Below are positions 45,584 to 56,852 of a DNA stretch of 64,000 nucleotides, one piece after another. The stretch covers positions 2,786 to 66,785 of the forward strand of contig CAYVNG010000001.1 in the NCBI GenBank assembly GCA_964452875.1. The letters run 5' to 3'. The notes under the pieces were generated by a model. The model worked only from the letters and a program-made list of their open reading frames with translations, was not told the origin of the DNA and did no database searches. This stretch comes from an uncultured Candidatus Saccharibacteria bacterium (GTDB taxonomy: Bacteria > Patescibacteriota > Minisyncoccia > Minisyncoccales > CAYVNG01). A program made the position numbers and the translations under genes. How positions within the stretch are numbered: the stretch's first letter is position 1; every line of letters starts with the position of its first letter.

Positions 45584-45636
45584 AGAAATAGTCTTTAAAA
45601 ATGTTAGAATGAAAACAGTATGAGATTATACCATTT

Positions 45637-47157
45637 ATGGGAGAGAAATTCTATATAACCACGAGCATAGCTTATACCAACGCCCCTCCGCACATAGGGT
45701 ATGCCTTGGAATCCGTGCAGGCGGACGCCATCGCCCGCAGCCAAAGGATGGCGGGGAAAGACGTTTTTTTCTTGACTGGGACCGACGAACACGGGCAAAA
45801 GATAGCGACAGCCGCCAAAAGCCACAACATTGATCCCCAGTCTTTCGTTGACGGCATTTCCAAAAAATTCCAAGGCCTAAGGCAGTTGCTGAACCTCTCT
45901 ACGGACAGCTTCATCAGGACCACTGACCGGAAAAGGCACTGGCCCTCGGTCGAGAAAGCGTGGCTGGAATTAGTAAAGAACGGGGACATAGTGAAGAAGA
46001 AATACAAGGGATTTTACTGCGCAGGCTGCGAAGCCTTCGTCACTGAAAAAGACCTGGTCAAGGGGAAATGCCCGATCCACGGTAAAGAGCCGGAATCCTT
46101 GGAAGAAGAAAATTATTTTTTCAGGCTTTCGAAATATTCAAAAAAACTCGAAGAAATCATCGAAAACGACGCGATCAGGATAATTCCCTCTTCCAAAAAG
46201 AACGAAATGTTCCAATTCATCAAAAGCGGGCTCGAGGACGTTAGTTTTTCTAGACCGAGGAAAAATCTGGAGTGGGGGATTCCCGTCCCGGGAGATTCGT
46301 CTCAGACCGTCTATGTCTGGGCCGATGCACTGGTAAACTACGTGTCCGCCATAGGGTACGCGGAAAATTCCGATGATTTCAAAAAATACTGGCCGGCCGA
46401 CGTCCATTGCGTGGGGAAGGATATCCAGAAGTTCCATTGCCTGATCTGGCCTGCCATGCTTTTGTCCTTGGGGTTGGAGCTGCCAAAATCTGTTTTCGTG
46501 CACGGATTCATCACCGCAAACGGGCAGAAGATGTCCAAATCCCTGGGGAACGTGGTCGATCCTTTCGAACTGGTGGAAAAATACGGAACAGACCCTGTCA
46601 GATATTTCCTGCTCAGGGAAATTCCCCAGACCGAGGACGGGGATTTCAGCTATGAGAAAATGGAAGCAAGATGCAACGGCGAATTGGCGAACGGAATAGG
46701 GAACACATTGAGCAGGGTGCTGACGCTGATCGAGAAAAAATGCGGAGGAGAGATCTCTGGCCCTGGCAGAGGAGAAAACCAGCTCAGAGATTTTTTGGTC
46801 TTCGAGGTTTTGCCGAATTCCCAGTGCGGAAGCGGTTTTGATTTCAGCCTCGCTCTTTCCAAGATTGCGGAGGCTTTCAAGATGATAGACCGGGAGATAG
46901 ATCAAACAAAGCCTTGGGAATGGGATTCAGAAACCGCCCGATCAAACCAGTATTTCTATTCCTGGACGGCTTCGATAAGGTTTTTGGCTTGTTTATTGCT
47001 TCCTTTCATCCCGGGATCGGCAGAAGAGATTCTAAAGCAGCTGGGCTTGGATCCTGAAGAGGAGAAAAAGGACGTTATAAGGAAGGGGATCGTCTGGGAG
47101 GATTTGAAGCCGGGACAGAAAATCAGAAAGGGAAAAATCTTGTTCCAGCGCTTTTGA
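45637..47157 (+). CDS. metG: methionyl-tRNA synthetase
   Basis: [18 protein letters not shown] (HIGH), Zn knuckle CAGCEAF...[13 protein letters not shown]. Confidence 0.9.
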   Translation: MGEKFYITTSIAYTNAPPHIGYALESVQADAIARSQRMAGKDVFFLTGTDEHGQKIATAAKSHNIDPQSFVDGISKKFQGLRQLLNLSTDSFIRTTDRKRHWPSVEKAWLELVKNGDIVKKKYKGFYCAGCEAFVTEKDLVKGKCPIHGKEPESLEEENYFFRLSKYSKKLEEIIENDAIRIIPSSKKNEMFQFIKSGLEDVSFSRPRKNLEWGIPVPGDSSQTVYVWADALVNYVSAIGYAENSDDFKKYWPADVHCVGKDIQKFHCLIWPAMLLSLGLELPKSVFVHGFITANGQKMSKSLGNVVDPFELVEKYGTDPVRYFLLREIPQTEDGDFSYEKMEARCNGELANGIGNTLSRVLTLIEKKCGGEISGPGRGENQLRDFLVFEVLPNSQCGSGFDFSLALSKIAEAFKMIDREIDQTKPWEWDSETARSNQYFYSWTASIRFLACLLLPFIPGSAEEILKQLGLDPEEEKKDVIRKGIVWEDLKPGQKIRKGKILFQRF

Positions 47158-48079
47158 TTCTGAACTCCACGTTTTTCTCGTTCCTTGCCTTCAGGGAATA
47201 ATATTTGGTCAGTCTTTCGGCCTCCTCAACGGCCGTTTTTTCAATTAAAGGATCATTTTTTCCGTACTGCCTGACCAGGGTCATCGGTCCTTTGTATTTT
47301 TTCATTTCAACCAAAACGTCTCCTTTTTCAGCCGTTTTTCTGAGCAGCGAGTTTTCTTCTTTGTTTCTCCCGACGACGATCAGGCATTTTCCCTTGCAAA
47401 AATGCCTTCCGATTTTTGCCAAAAAAACGTCGCTTTCAGAGAATTCTTTACAGAAAGAGTTGATTATTTTCATCCTCTTGGAGAATTCAGGGTCGGTAAG
47501 CAAGCACCCTCCAGCCGGATTCGGATATTGCTTGATTTGATATTTTTCAGTCAGCTCAATTTGTTTTTTCCTTGATTTTCCGCATATCATCAGCAGTTTT
47601 TCCCTTTCCACCTGCCCCGATTTTTCAGGAATCGTTTTTTCCAAAAGCTTTGCTGAAAGCGGTCTTAAAAGAAAGCCTTCCAAACAGGATTCTTTTTCAA
47701 TAGTCTGCATCGCTTCTCTGTTCTGGCTCATAGGTCTTTGGCCCAGCACTTCTCCGGTGGCCACGAATCCGTATTTTTCTTTTCTCATTATTTCTTTGGC
47801 TTTTTTGAGCATCAATATCCTGCAGTCGATGCAAGGATTCATCCCTTTTCCGTATCCGAAAAGAGGGGATTTCAGCATTCCGAGATGCGCTTTCGATATG
47901 TCAATTGTCCTGTGTTTCAGTTTCAGCTGTTCGGCTGATTTCTCCGCCTTTGCCGAGTCAAAAAAACAGCTCTTGAATATGAGAGCTGTGACGCCTATCC
48001 TCTGTTCTTCCAGGATTTTAGCCGCCAGCATCGAATCCAATCCCCCCGAGAACAAAAGCAGGGCCTTGGTCCGTTTCAT
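47123..48079 (-). CDS. ThiI-like PP-loop ATPase (tRNA sulfurtransferase family) without a THUMP domain
   Basis: PP-loop SGGLDS at residues 11-16; [13 protein letters not shown] matches the ThiI ATGESLGQVASQT; C-terminal extension with CxxC-like cysteines. Confidence 0.55.
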   Translation of the reverse strand: MKRTKALLLFSGGLDSMLAAKILEEQRIGVTALIFKSCFFDSAKAEKSAEQLKLKHRTIDISKAHLGMLKSPLFGYGKGMNPCIDCRILMLKKAKEIMRKEKYGFVATGEVLGQRPMSQNREAMQTIEKESCLEGFLLRPLSAKLLEKTIPEKSGQVEREKLLMICGKSRKKQIELTEKYQIKQYPNPAGGCLLTDPEFSKRMKIINSFCKEFSESDVFLAKIGRHFCKGKCLIVVGRNKEENSLLRKTAEKGDVLVEMKKYKGPMTLVRQYGKNDPLIEKTAVEEAERLTKYYSLKARNEKNVEFRIKSAGTRFFPF

Positions 48080-49296
48080 TTTATTCTTCTCACTTCCGTC
48101 TTGAATTGGGTGAAGACTCTGGTATCGTCCGGAACGTTTTCAAGAACGACGGTCGCCGGCCCGATCATGGAATTCTTCCCGATCAGCACGCCCGGCATCA
48201 GGCTGGCATTTATCCCTGTCTTGGAGTTCTGGCCCATGATGACCCCGAGCGACTTGAGCCCGGTGTCTATCTTTTCCCCTTTGACAGAGGACTTGACTGA
48301 GTTTCTGTCTATTCTCAGGTTGGCGGTGACGGTTCCGGCTCCGATCCGGCATCCTTTGTCGAAGACGGAATCGCCGAAAAATCCGGAATGAATATGCACG
48401 TTCTCCTGGAAAATGCACCTGGCCACTTCGGCGTTCGCCCCGATCAGGGTCCCTTTTTCCAGATTAGAATATTCCCTCACCACGGCATTGTTTCCGATTA
48501 TGGAATCGTCCCCTATATAGCAGGGGCCTTTGATGACTGCGTTTTCGAAGATCTTCACGTTCTTCCCTATATAAACATTGCCTTTGGTTTTCGCCTTTGA
48601 ATGATTTTTATGTTTCAAAAATCTGTCAAAAAGGTATTTCTGGAAAGAGAAAAGGTCCCATGGGTATTTCAGGGAAGGGGAGTCTGATTTTCCAAAAATG
48701 ACTATGTCGGTCGGGTTGGCCTTGACGTAAGAAGAAAGGGCTTTTTCAAAGTCGTATTTTTCCTTTTTTGTCTTTTCATATGTTTTAAAGAAGTCAGGGC
48801 TTAACAGATATACTCCCAAGACTCTTATGTCCGAAGGATTTTTCCCTTTTTTCGGCTTTTCCACTATCCCCAAAACCCTGCTGCCTTTTATTTTCGCTAT
48901 GCCGAACAACTCCGGGGTTTTTGTCTTTTGGCCGAAGAGAAGGGATTTTTGCTTGTTTCCCTCCGTTTTCGATATTATTTCCCCGACATCGACCCGCTCT
49001 GCGTTCAATACCAAAAATCTTCCTTTTAGAAATTTTTTCGCCTTGGACAAGGCGTCTCCCATGCCCTCCGGACGAGGTTGGATCACGAATTTCAATCCTG
49101 GGAATCCGGTCAATTCTTTTTCAATCTCCTTTTCGGGGCCCTGGACGACTATAATGTCGTTGATTCCGCTTTTTTCCAGCTCCTTGAGGGTATACCAGAT
49201 CAAGGGTTTTCCCATCATCTTCAAAAGGCTCTTGTGATTTTGATTGAGCGGCCAGAATCGGGATGATTCTCCTGCGGCCAAGACTACGGCTTGCAT
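48076..49296 (-). CDS. GlmU-like bifunctional sugar-1-phosphate nucleotidyltransferase / left-handed beta-helix acyltransferase
   Basis: N-terminal [16 protein letters not shown] (nucleotidyltransferase G-x-G-x-R); C-terminal hexapeptide repeats ([13 protein letters not shown]..., [10 protein letters not shown]...). Confidence 0.7.
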   Translation of the reverse strand: MQAVVLAAGESSRFWPLNQNHKSLLKMMGKPLIWYTLKELEKSGINDIIVVQGPEKEIEKELTGFPGLKFVIQPRPEGMGDALSKAKKFLKGRFLVLNAERVDVGEIISKTEGNKQKSLLFGQKTKTPELFGIAKIKGSRVLGIVEKPKKGKNPSDIRVLGVYLLSPDFFKTYEKTKKEKYDFEKALSSYVKANPTDIVIFGKSDSPSLKYPWDLFSFQKYLFDRFLKHKNHSKAKTKGNVYIGKNVKIFENAVIKGPCYIGDDSIIGNNAVVREYSNLEKGTLIGANAEVARCIFQENVHIHSGFFGDSVFDKGCRIGAGTVTANLRIDRNSVKSSVKGEKIDTGLKSLGVIMGQNSKTGINASLMPGVLIGKNSMIGPATVVLENVPDDTRVFTQFKTEVRRIK

Positions 49297-49298
49297 GT

Positions 49299-50261
49299 TT
49301 ATTTTATGCTTAATATCGCGTTGGCTAATTTTTTCGGATCGTGGACTAGGGATCCGTCAGAGCGAAGAAGGTCTTTCCCTATGAATTTCGGCTTTTGAAG
49401 GTCACCATCGGCAGCCACCGGTCTTAAAAGCTCGGGATTGTTTTTTTTGCAAAAGCTGATCATTTTTCGGTTCGGCTTCTTTGAATTATATATGACGTAA
49501 TCGAGTTCCTTTCCCAGTAGCTTTTCTATCTCTGCGGCAAAGCTTTTAACGCTGAAATTGTCCGTTTCCCCGTGCTTTTGCATCAGATTGCAGATATAGA
49601 CCGTTTTCGCCTTGCTTTTCCTTATGGCTTCTGCCATACCTTTTGTTAAAAGTATCTGAGCCAGGGAGGAGAAAAGGTCTCCCGGGCCTATGATTATGAG
49701 GTCAGCGCTTTTGATGGCTCGGACGGATTCAGGATAGGCGAAAACGTCCGGTTTAAGGTACACTTTTTTGATTCTCAAGCTTCCGTTGTGCTTGGGGATG
49801 TCGATGTCGGTTTCCCCCTTGATTACTTTCCCGTTTTCCAAGACCGCGTACAGATCTCCCTTGTCTAAGGTCGCCGGAAGAACCCGGTGTTTTATATTAA
49901 GAATCTTTTTTATCTCCCTGAGGACTCTTTCGTAGTTGTTGCTGCTCAATTCGAAAGCAGTGATGAGGAGGTTGGCGAAATTGTGCCCTTTCAGGGATCC
50001 GGAAGTGAATCTGTAATTGAACAGGTTTTTCAGTTCGCTGGTCGTGTTTGAAAGGGCGAGGAGCGACCTTCTTATGTCTCCGGGGGAGTTTATCTTGTAT
50101 TCCTTCCTAAGTCTTCCGGACGATCCTCCTGAATCGAGCATTGAGCAGATGACAGACAGCCTGACCGGTTTTTCCTTCAGTCCGGCCAGCACGGTTTTCG
50201 GCATAGCATTCCCTCCTCCCAGGCAGACGATGTGCCTAATTTTTTTTGTGCTCTGTCGCAT
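49299..50261 (-). CDS. YvcK/CofD (UPF0052) family protein
   Basis: [20 protein letters not shown]-terminal motif. Confidence 0.75.
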   Translation of the reverse strand: MRQSTKKIRHIVCLGGGNAMPKTVLAGLKEKPVRLSVICSMLDSGGSSGRLRKEYKINSPGDIRRSLLALSNTTSELKNLFNYRFTSGSLKGHNFANLLITAFELSSNNYERVLREIKKILNIKHRVLPATLDKGDLYAVLENGKVIKGETDIDIPKHNGSLRIKKVYLKPDVFAYPESVRAIKSADLIIIGPGDLFSSLAQILLTKGMAEAIRKSKAKTVYICNLMQKHGETDNFSVKSFAAEIEKLLGKELDYVIYNSKKPNRKMISFCKKNNPELLRPVAADGDLQKPKFIGKDLLRSDGSLVHDPKKLANAILSIK

Positions 50262-50841
50262 ATTTTTGCGCGAGGCCGAGAGTCTCTCGGTTGATCTTAA
50301 GGTATTGTTCAGGAATTACGTCCAGGACGGCTTTGGAAATAGTTTTGAAATCGATGGGAATGATTTCTTTGATGGAAGCCAAAGCCAGAAGGAAGATTCC
50401 GGCCGTCACGTCCGTTCCCAGCTCCTTTCTGCAGATGTCCGAAGCTGGTATGAAGGATATTTTTTTCGTCTTTTGACTGAGCATTCTTGCGATCTCTTTT
50501 TCCTGGACAGGGGACTTGAAGGGGATCGGGGAAATCAGCTTATTTATCAGAAAAAAAGTGTTTTTGCCCGCAAAGCCGGCTGCGTTCAAGGCTTCCTGCT
50601 GCTCAAGGCTCAAGATCAAGTCGGCTTTCCCTTTTGCCACCAGAGGAGAATGTATCTTTTTTCCGATTCTGGCGTGCACTTCGACTGAGCCTCCCCTTTG
50701 GGAAAGGCCGTGGAGCTCTGAGGTCTTGACGTCTAATCTCAAATCCATGGCCGCTTTCGCCATTATCTGAAGGATGGTTATCAGCCCCTGGCCTCCGGTT
50801 CCGACCACCACCGCATTGAATTGTTTTTTACTATTTTTCAT
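50236..50841 (-). CDS. iorB: indolepyruvate:ferredoxin oxidoreductase beta subunit (2-oxoacid:Fd oxidoreductase gamma-type)
   Basis: AVVVGTGGQGLITILQIMAKAA motif; adjacent to iorA. Confidence 0.75.
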   Translation of the reverse strand: MKNSKKQFNAVVVGTGGQGLITILQIMAKAAMDLRLDVKTSELHGLSQRGGSVEVHARIGKKIHSPLVAKGKADLILSLEQQEALNAAGFAGKNTFFLINKLISPIPFKSPVQEKEIARMLSQKTKKISFIPASDICRKELGTDVTAGIFLLALASIKEIIPIDFKTISKAVLDVIPEQYLKINRETLGLAQKYATEHKKN

Positions 50842-50842
50842 C

Positions 50843-52471
50843 TTATTTTTTCTCTACGAATTTGCACGGATGCTCGGATATTATAACCGAGACCTCCTTC
50901 CTGTTGACGAAATCCTTCACCGTTTTCACAAACTCTTCCTGGTTGAAGGGGTCGACGATTTTGACGTTTTTGACTCCGCAGGCCTTGACCACGTCATATA
51001 TCCTTATTCCCTGGCGGTCTTTGGGGGCGGCCGGATTGGGCTGGTGCCCGGTCATGGCCGTGGTGGAGTTGTCCATTATGATTATCAAAGGGTTGGATCT
51101 GTTGAAAACGGTGTTTACCAGGGCCGGGATGCCAGAGTGGAAGAAGGTGGAATCTCCTATGAAAGATATCGTTTTCTGGGGATGGGCTGGGTTGGATTTT
51201 TTTATCCCGTGGCTGACGCCGATGGAAGAACCCATGCAGAAAAGGAAGTCCTGGAGGTTATGCGGGGGCATTCCCCCGAGCATGTAGCACCCTATGTCTC
51301 CCCCGAAAACGATTTTTTTCTCGTCCACCGCCTTTTTGACTCCGTTGAAAACCAGCCAGTAAGGACAGCCCGGGCAGAGCTGGGGGAATCTTTTGAGAGC
51401 TGTAATTTTGGTTTCTTCCGGCAGGGAATATTTTTTGCCCAGGAGTTTTGCTATAGCGAAAGTGACGTCTTCCGGCTTTGACTCTCCGGTCTGAGAAAGA
51501 AGACTTTTCCCTTGTATTTTCAGTTTGCAATTCGCTTCCTTGGCGATTATTCTAATCTCTTTTTCGACAAAGGGTTCCATTTCTTCCGCCACGAGGACTT
51601 CCTTCAGCGGAGAAATGAATTCTTTCACTATTTTTTCCGGGAAAGGATAGAAAAAGTCAATCTTCAGGACAGGAAGGGAAGCGTTCAGCTCGTTGATCGA
51701 CTCCATTGCATAGAGGTAGGAAATCCCCGAGGCGATTATCCCTTTAGTCTGCCCTTTTGTTTTCGGTCCAGGACGTCTTTCCGCGAACTCCTTTATCCTT
51801 TTTTCTTTTTCAAGAAGTTCTTCTTTCATTTCCAGGACCCTCGGAGGCAGGGTTACGAATCTGGATCTGTCGCGGACGAATTTCCCTGAAAGGGATTTTA
51901 GTTCTTTGAGCTTTCCGAGTTTGACCGGCATCCTCTGATGGGAAACTCTGGTGGTAGTCCTCACCATCACCGGTATTTTGAAGACTTCCGAAATCTCGAA
52001 GGCCTTTTTCACGAAATCCTTGCATTCCTGGGAATCTGAAGGCTCGAGTGTCGGGATATGGGCCAGATACGAGTAAGCTCTTGAGTTCTGCTCTGACTGA
52101 GCAGAGCTCCAGCATCCAGGGTCGTCGGCTACGAAGATGACGGTAGGCCCTCTGCTTCCGGTGTAAACGAAAGGTATTAAAGCTTCGGCGCAGACGTTCA
52201 GCCCGAAATGCTTCATCGCCACCAGGGTTTTCAGTCCCGATAGGGAAGCCCCGATGCCGGCCTCAAGAGCCACTTTTTCATTGGTGGAAAATTCAAAGTA
52301 CGCTCCTGCTTCTTTTGAAATTTTGTAGAAAATATTCCCTATCTCCGAGGCTGGCGTGCCAGGATAGGTCGAAACGAACTGGACTCCGGCTTCAAGAGCT
52401 CCCCTTACAGCAGCTTCGTTACCCAGCAAAAGAACCTTTTCTCCGGTTTTTTTTGAAAGTAATTCTTCCAT
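50843..52471 (-). CDS. iorA: indolepyruvate:ferredoxin oxidoreductase alpha subunit
   Basis: LLLGNEAAVRGALEAGVQFVSTYPGTPASEI N-terminus; TPP-binding GDIGCYMLG; CPGCPYWL. Confidence 0.8.
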   Translation of the reverse strand: MEELLSKKTGEKVLLLGNEAAVRGALEAGVQFVSTYPGTPASEIGNIFYKISKEAGAYFEFSTNEKVALEAGIGASLSGLKTLVAMKHFGLNVCAEALIPFVYTGSRGPTVIFVADDPGCWSSAQSEQNSRAYSYLAHIPTLEPSDSQECKDFVKKAFEISEVFKIPVMVRTTTRVSHQRMPVKLGKLKELKSLSGKFVRDRSRFVTLPPRVLEMKEELLEKEKRIKEFAERRPGPKTKGQTKGIIASGISYLYAMESINELNASLPVLKIDFFYPFPEKIVKEFISPLKEVLVAEEMEPFVEKEIRIIAKEANCKLKIQGKSLLSQTGESKPEDVTFAIAKLLGKKYSLPEETKITALKRFPQLCPGCPYWLVFNGVKKAVDEKKIVFGGDIGCYMLGGMPPHNLQDFLFCMGSSIGVSHGIKKSNPAHPQKTISFIGDSTFFHSGIPALVNTVFNRSNPLIIIMDNSTTAMTGHQPNPAAPKDRQGIRIYDVVKACGVKNVKIVDPFNQEEFVKTVKDFVNRKEVSVIISEHPCKFVEKK

Positions 52472-52520
52472 TTTTCTGTTTTTCCGACGCGCTTGAGGGG
52501 CGCATGGAATTTAAATATCC

Positions 52521-54359
52521 TTATTCAACGGTCACGCTTTTGGCCAGATTCCTCGGCTTGTCTATATCTTTTCCGAGCTTCAGCCCGGCATAGGCTGCAA
52601 AAAGGTGAGCGGGGATCACTGACAGTATCGGGGTAAGCATTTCCATGGTCTGAGGGATGTATATTAAGTCGTCTGCCATTTTTTTTATCTCCTCGTTCCC
52701 TTCGGTAGCCACTGCTATCACCTTGCCGTTCCTGGCCTTGGTTTCCTCTATCGCATTGATCATCTTCTCGTAGACCGAATCTGAAGGGACGAAGCAGAAA
52801 GTCGGGAAGTTCTCGTCGATCAAGGCTATCGGTCCGTGCTTCATTTCCCCGGCCGGATACCCTTCAGCATGTATTAAGGTGGTCACTTCTTTCAGCTTGA
52901 GGGCCCCTTCTAAGGCTATGGGATAGTTGTATTTCCTCCCCAGGAAAAAGAAGTTCCTGTATTTAGAATATTTTTCAGCTATTTTTTTTATCTTTTCGCT
53001 TTGCCCTAATATTTTTTCAGCCAGTCCGGGAAGCTTTTCAAGCTCTGAAGCTATTTTTTTTCCGGTTACCAAAGACATCCCTCTCTGCCTTCCGAGGAAG
53101 ACGGTCAGCAAAGCCAAGATTGCCAGTTGGGAAACGAATACCTTGGTGGAAGCCACTCCGATTTCCGGCCCGACGTGGTTGTAAACCCCGGCGTCGGTCT
53201 CCCTTGTCTGGGTGGATCCCACCGTGTTGGTGATGCCCAGGGCCAGAGTCCCTTTTCTTTTAGCTTCTTTCAGGGCTCCTATGGTGTCTGCCGTCTCTCC
53301 TGACTGGGAAATGGCCAGGACCGCCGTGTTTTCGTCTATAACCGGCTTTTTGTACCTGAATTCTGATCCTATGCCGACTTCGACCGGGATTCCCGCGTAT
53401 TCTTCGATCATATATTCTCCGATCATAGCCGCATGCCTTGCTGTCCCGCATCCTAAAATAATAAGCCTGTTTATCCCTTTCATTTTTTCCTTCACGCTTT
53501 CAAGCCCTCCGAGATTGGCTAGGCCCTCTTCTATGAGCAGCCTTCCAGCTATGCTTTTTCTGATGGATTCCGGCTCTTCGAATATCTCCTTGAGCATGAA
53601 GTGGGAGAACTCTCCCTTCTGGGACTCTTCCATCTTTATGTCCAAATCTTCAAAGGACTTGTCTTCCAGGACATTTTCTTTCAGAACGAAGAATTTTTCC
53701 GAAGTCATTACGGCAAGCTCGTTGTCTTCCAGATAGACCACCTTCTTGGCGTAGGGGACTATGGCGTTCGGATCGGAAGCGACCAGGTAGTCTCCGTTCT
53801 CCAGCCCCACTCCGATCAAGAGGGGGCTTGAAAGCCTGGCCACGACCAGTTTTTCAGGATCGTCCCTGCATATGACCGCCAACGCGTAGGTTCCCTTAAG
53901 GAGCTTTAAAGCTTTGGCCGTAGCTTCCTCCAGGTTCCCCTTGAAATAGTGCTCTATCAAGTGGCTTATCACTTCGGTATCTGTTTCGGAGGTGAATTTG
54001 TGGCCCTTGGCCTTCAGCTTTTCCTCCAAATCCTTGTAATTTTCGATTATACCGTTGTGGACGACGAAAACGTTCCTTTTGCAGTCGCATTGAGGATGGG
54101 CATTCTCTTCAGTGACCTTGCCTGTGGTCGCCCATCTGGTGTGAAGAATGAAAGGACTTCCCGAAACAGGGGATTTGTAAAAAAGCTCTTCCAACCGGTC
54201 TATCCTCCCCACCGTTTTGATGGAAAAAATGGATTTTTTTTCATGGTCGTAGACGGCAAGGCCGGCGGAGTCGTATCCGCGGTATTCCAGCCTTTTCAAG
54301 GCGTCGATGCCTATCTTCACGTTATTCTGTTTTCCGAAATATCCTATGATGCCGCACAT
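52521..54359 (-). CDS. glmS: glutamine--fructose-6-phosphate aminotransferase
   Basis: MCGIIGY N-terminal nucleophile; two SIS domains; ends ...KSVTVE. Confidence 0.95.
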   Translation of the reverse strand: MCGIIGYFGKQNNVKIGIDALKRLEYRGYDSAGLAVYDHEKKSIFSIKTVGRIDRLEELFYKSPVSGSPFILHTRWATTGKVTEENAHPQCDCKRNVFVVHNGIIENYKDLEEKLKAKGHKFTSETDTEVISHLIEHYFKGNLEEATAKALKLLKGTYALAVICRDDPEKLVVARLSSPLLIGVGLENGDYLVASDPNAIVPYAKKVVYLEDNELAVMTSEKFFVLKENVLEDKSFEDLDIKMEESQKGEFSHFMLKEIFEEPESIRKSIAGRLLIEEGLANLGGLESVKEKMKGINRLIILGCGTARHAAMIGEYMIEEYAGIPVEVGIGSEFRYKKPVIDENTAVLAISQSGETADTIGALKEAKRKGTLALGITNTVGSTQTRETDAGVYNHVGPEIGVASTKVFVSQLAILALLTVFLGRQRGMSLVTGKKIASELEKLPGLAEKILGQSEKIKKIAEKYSKYRNFFFLGRKYNYPIALEGALKLKEVTTLIHAEGYPAGEMKHGPIALIDENFPTFCFVPSDSVYEKMINAIEETKARNGKVIAVATEGNEEIKKMADDLIYIPQTMEMLTPILSVIPAHLFAAYAGLKLGKDIDKPRNLAKSVTVE

Positions 54360-54362
54360 ATT

Positions 54363-56789
54363 CTAAGGTATGACCAGGTTGATCAGCTTTCCGGGGATGA
54401 AAACAACCTTCTTAATTTCTTTTCTTTCTATCCATCTCTTAACTTTTTCCCGCTCAAGTGTCAATTCTTGTATTTTCTCCTTAGGAGTCCCGGCCTTCAC
54501 CTCCATACTGTCCCTCACTTTCCCGTTTATCTGGATTATAAGCTCGAACGTTTCCTTTTTTATGAGATTTGGGTCGTATTCGGGCCATTTTTCAGAGAAT
54601 ATCGAGCCCTTTTTTTTCAGATGAGACCATATTTCTTCTGCCATGTGCGGAGCCATCGGGCTTATCAATTTGATCAGGGCTTCGTATTCCTTAAGAGGGA
54701 CGGTTTTCGCCTTGTCCATTTCGTTGACCAGGATCATCAGGCTTGAGACGGCGGTATTGAATCTGAAAGAGTCGATGTCTTCTGAGACTTTTTTGATCGT
54801 CTGGTGAGTTATCCTCTCAAGAGCTTCGCTTTTTTCGACCGGCGACGTCTTGCCACATAGATTCCATATCTTGTTCAAAAATCTGTGGCAGCCCGTTACT
54901 CCCTTGTCCGACCACTCGGTCGCCTGATCGGCCGGTCCCATGAAAAGCTCATAAATCCTTATGGTGTCGGCCCCGTATTTTTTGATTATTTCATCAGGAG
55001 TGATTATATTCCCTTTCGATTTCGACATTTTGGCTCCGGTATGGTAGATGATCCCCTGGCAGAATAGTTTCGAAAACGGCTCTTCGAAAGAAAGGTGGCC
55101 CAAATCCTTGAGCGCTTTCACGAAAAATCTGGAATAAAGCAGATGGAGGCAGGCGTGCTCCGCCCCTCCGACGTAGAGATCGACTGGAAGCCATTCTTCT
55201 ATTTTTTTCCTGTCAGCGAAGTTTTTTTCGTTTTCAGGATCGGCATATCTCAGAAAATACCAGGAAGAGCAGACGAAAGTGTCCATGGTATCTGTCTCCC
55301 TTTTCGCTTTGCCTTTGCAGACCGGGCATTTCACCTCGACGAATTTTTTTGATTTGGCCAAAGGGGATTCTCCTTCTCCGGCCGGCTTAAAGTCTTTTAT
55401 CCTCGGGAGATTTACGGGAAGATCTTTTTCCGGCACAGGGACAGCTCCGCATTTCGGGCAGTGGATGATCGGTATGGGCGATCCCCAATACCTCTGGCGG
55501 GAAATAAGCCAGTCACGGAGGCGGTAAAAAACGGCATTCTGGCCGAGCTTCCTTACGGACAGATATTTCGTTATCTCTTCTTTGGCTTTTTTAGAAGACA
55601 GCCCGGAAAATGGCCCTGAATTGACCAGCGTCCCTTCTCCTTCGAAAAGCTCTTCCTGGCTGTTTTTATCCGCGGAAACGACGACTTTCTTTATCGGAAG
55701 GCCGTATTTTTCGGCGAATGCGAAATCCCTCTGGTCGTGAGAAGGGACTCCCATTACGGCCCCTGTGCCGTAATCCATCAGAACGTAGTCTGCCACAAAC
55801 ACCGGAATTTCCTTATTGTTGATGGGATTCACGGCAGAGATGCCTTTCAGTTCCTTTCCCGTCTTTTCCTTTTCTTCCGAAGCCCTTTCGATCTCGGTTC
55901 TTTTCTTGGAAGCCTTGACGTAATCTTCCACTTCCCTTTGATTTTCGATGAATTCCTTGGCTTTTTCTATCAAAGGGTGCTCCGGGGAAAGGACGACGTA
56001 AGTGCATCCGAAAAGGGTGTCCACCCTGGTCGTGAAAACCGGAAGAGAGAGGCTTTCCCTCGAGTTTTGCAGTTTTATCTCGAAAATAACTTCCGTTCCC
56101 TCGCTTTTGCCGATCCAGTTTTTCTGCATCACCTTTATCTTTTCCGGCCAGTCGATTCTATCCATGTCTTTTAGCAGGCGGTCGGCAAAGTCGGTTATCT
56201 TGAAAAACCACTGCTTCAAATATTTCTTTTCCACCAAAGAGCCGCATCTTTCGCATTTTTCGTCGATGACCTGTTCTCTGGCCAGGACCGTTTTGCAGGA
56301 AGGGCAGTAGTTTACGGGAGCTTTTTTCTGATAGGCCAGGCCGGCTTTGAAAAGGGTCAGAAACATCCATTGGGTCCACTTGTAGTATTTAGGATCGAAA
56401 GTGACGACTTCCCTTTCCCAGTCGTACCCGAACCCGCACATCTTGAGCTGTCTTCTGATATTTTTGATCGCTTTTCCTGTCTGGATGGACGGATGGACCC
56501 CTGTTTTCAAAGCGTAGTTTTCGGCCGGAAGGCCGAATGCATCGAATCCCATCGGATGGAGACAGCTGGCCCCCTGCATCATCCTCTTTTTGACTATGAC
56601 GTCGGTGATGGTGTATCCCTTTAAATGACCCACGTGCAGCCCGTAAGCAGAAGGATAGGGGAACATGTCCAGGCAGTAGAACTTTTTTTTATCCCTTTTC
56701 TGTTTTGCTTTGAACACTTCGGATTTTTCCCAAAAAGCCTGCCATTTCTTCTCAATATTAGAGGGATTGTAAGCTTTCATGTTATTCAT
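54363..56789 (-). CDS. leuS: leucyl-tRNA synthetase
   Basis: YPSAYGLHVGHLKGY (HIGH), CP1 editing domain, KMSKSKGN; bacterial-type LeuRS. Confidence 0.95.
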   Translation of the reverse strand: MNNMKAYNPSNIEKKWQAFWEKSEVFKAKQKRDKKKFYCLDMFPYPSAYGLHVGHLKGYTITDVIVKKRMMQGASCLHPMGFDAFGLPAENYALKTGVHPSIQTGKAIKNIRRQLKMCGFGYDWEREVVTFDPKYYKWTQWMFLTLFKAGLAYQKKAPVNYCPSCKTVLAREQVIDEKCERCGSLVEKKYLKQWFFKITDFADRLLKDMDRIDWPEKIKVMQKNWIGKSEGTEVIFEIKLQNSRESLSLPVFTTRVDTLFGCTYVVLSPEHPLIEKAKEFIENQREVEDYVKASKKRTEIERASEEKEKTGKELKGISAVNPINNKEIPVFVADYVLMDYGTGAVMGVPSHDQRDFAFAEKYGLPIKKVVVSADKNSQEELFEGEGTLVNSGPFSGLSSKKAKEEITKYLSVRKLGQNAVFYRLRDWLISRQRYWGSPIPIIHCPKCGAVPVPEKDLPVNLPRIKDFKPAGEGESPLAKSKKFVEVKCPVCKGKAKRETDTMDTFVCSSWYFLRYADPENEKNFADRKKIEEWLPVDLYVGGAEHACLHLLYSRFFVKALKDLGHLSFEEPFSKLFCQGIIYHTGAKMSKSKGNIITPDEIIKKYGADTIRIYELFMGPADQATEWSDKGVTGCHRFLNKIWNLCGKTSPVEKSEALERITHQTIKKVSEDIDSFRFNTAVSSLMILVNEMDKAKTVPLKEYEALIKLISPMAPHMAEEIWSHLKKKGSIFSEKWPEYDPNLIKKETFELIIQINGKVRDSMEVKAGTPKEKIQELTLEREKVKRWIERKEIKKVVFIPGKLINLVIP

Positions 56790-56852
56790 TTTATCTCAAA
56801 AAAGGCGGGCTGTAAATCTCAAGCCGCCCTTCCGAAGCCGTTCTAAAGAGGG

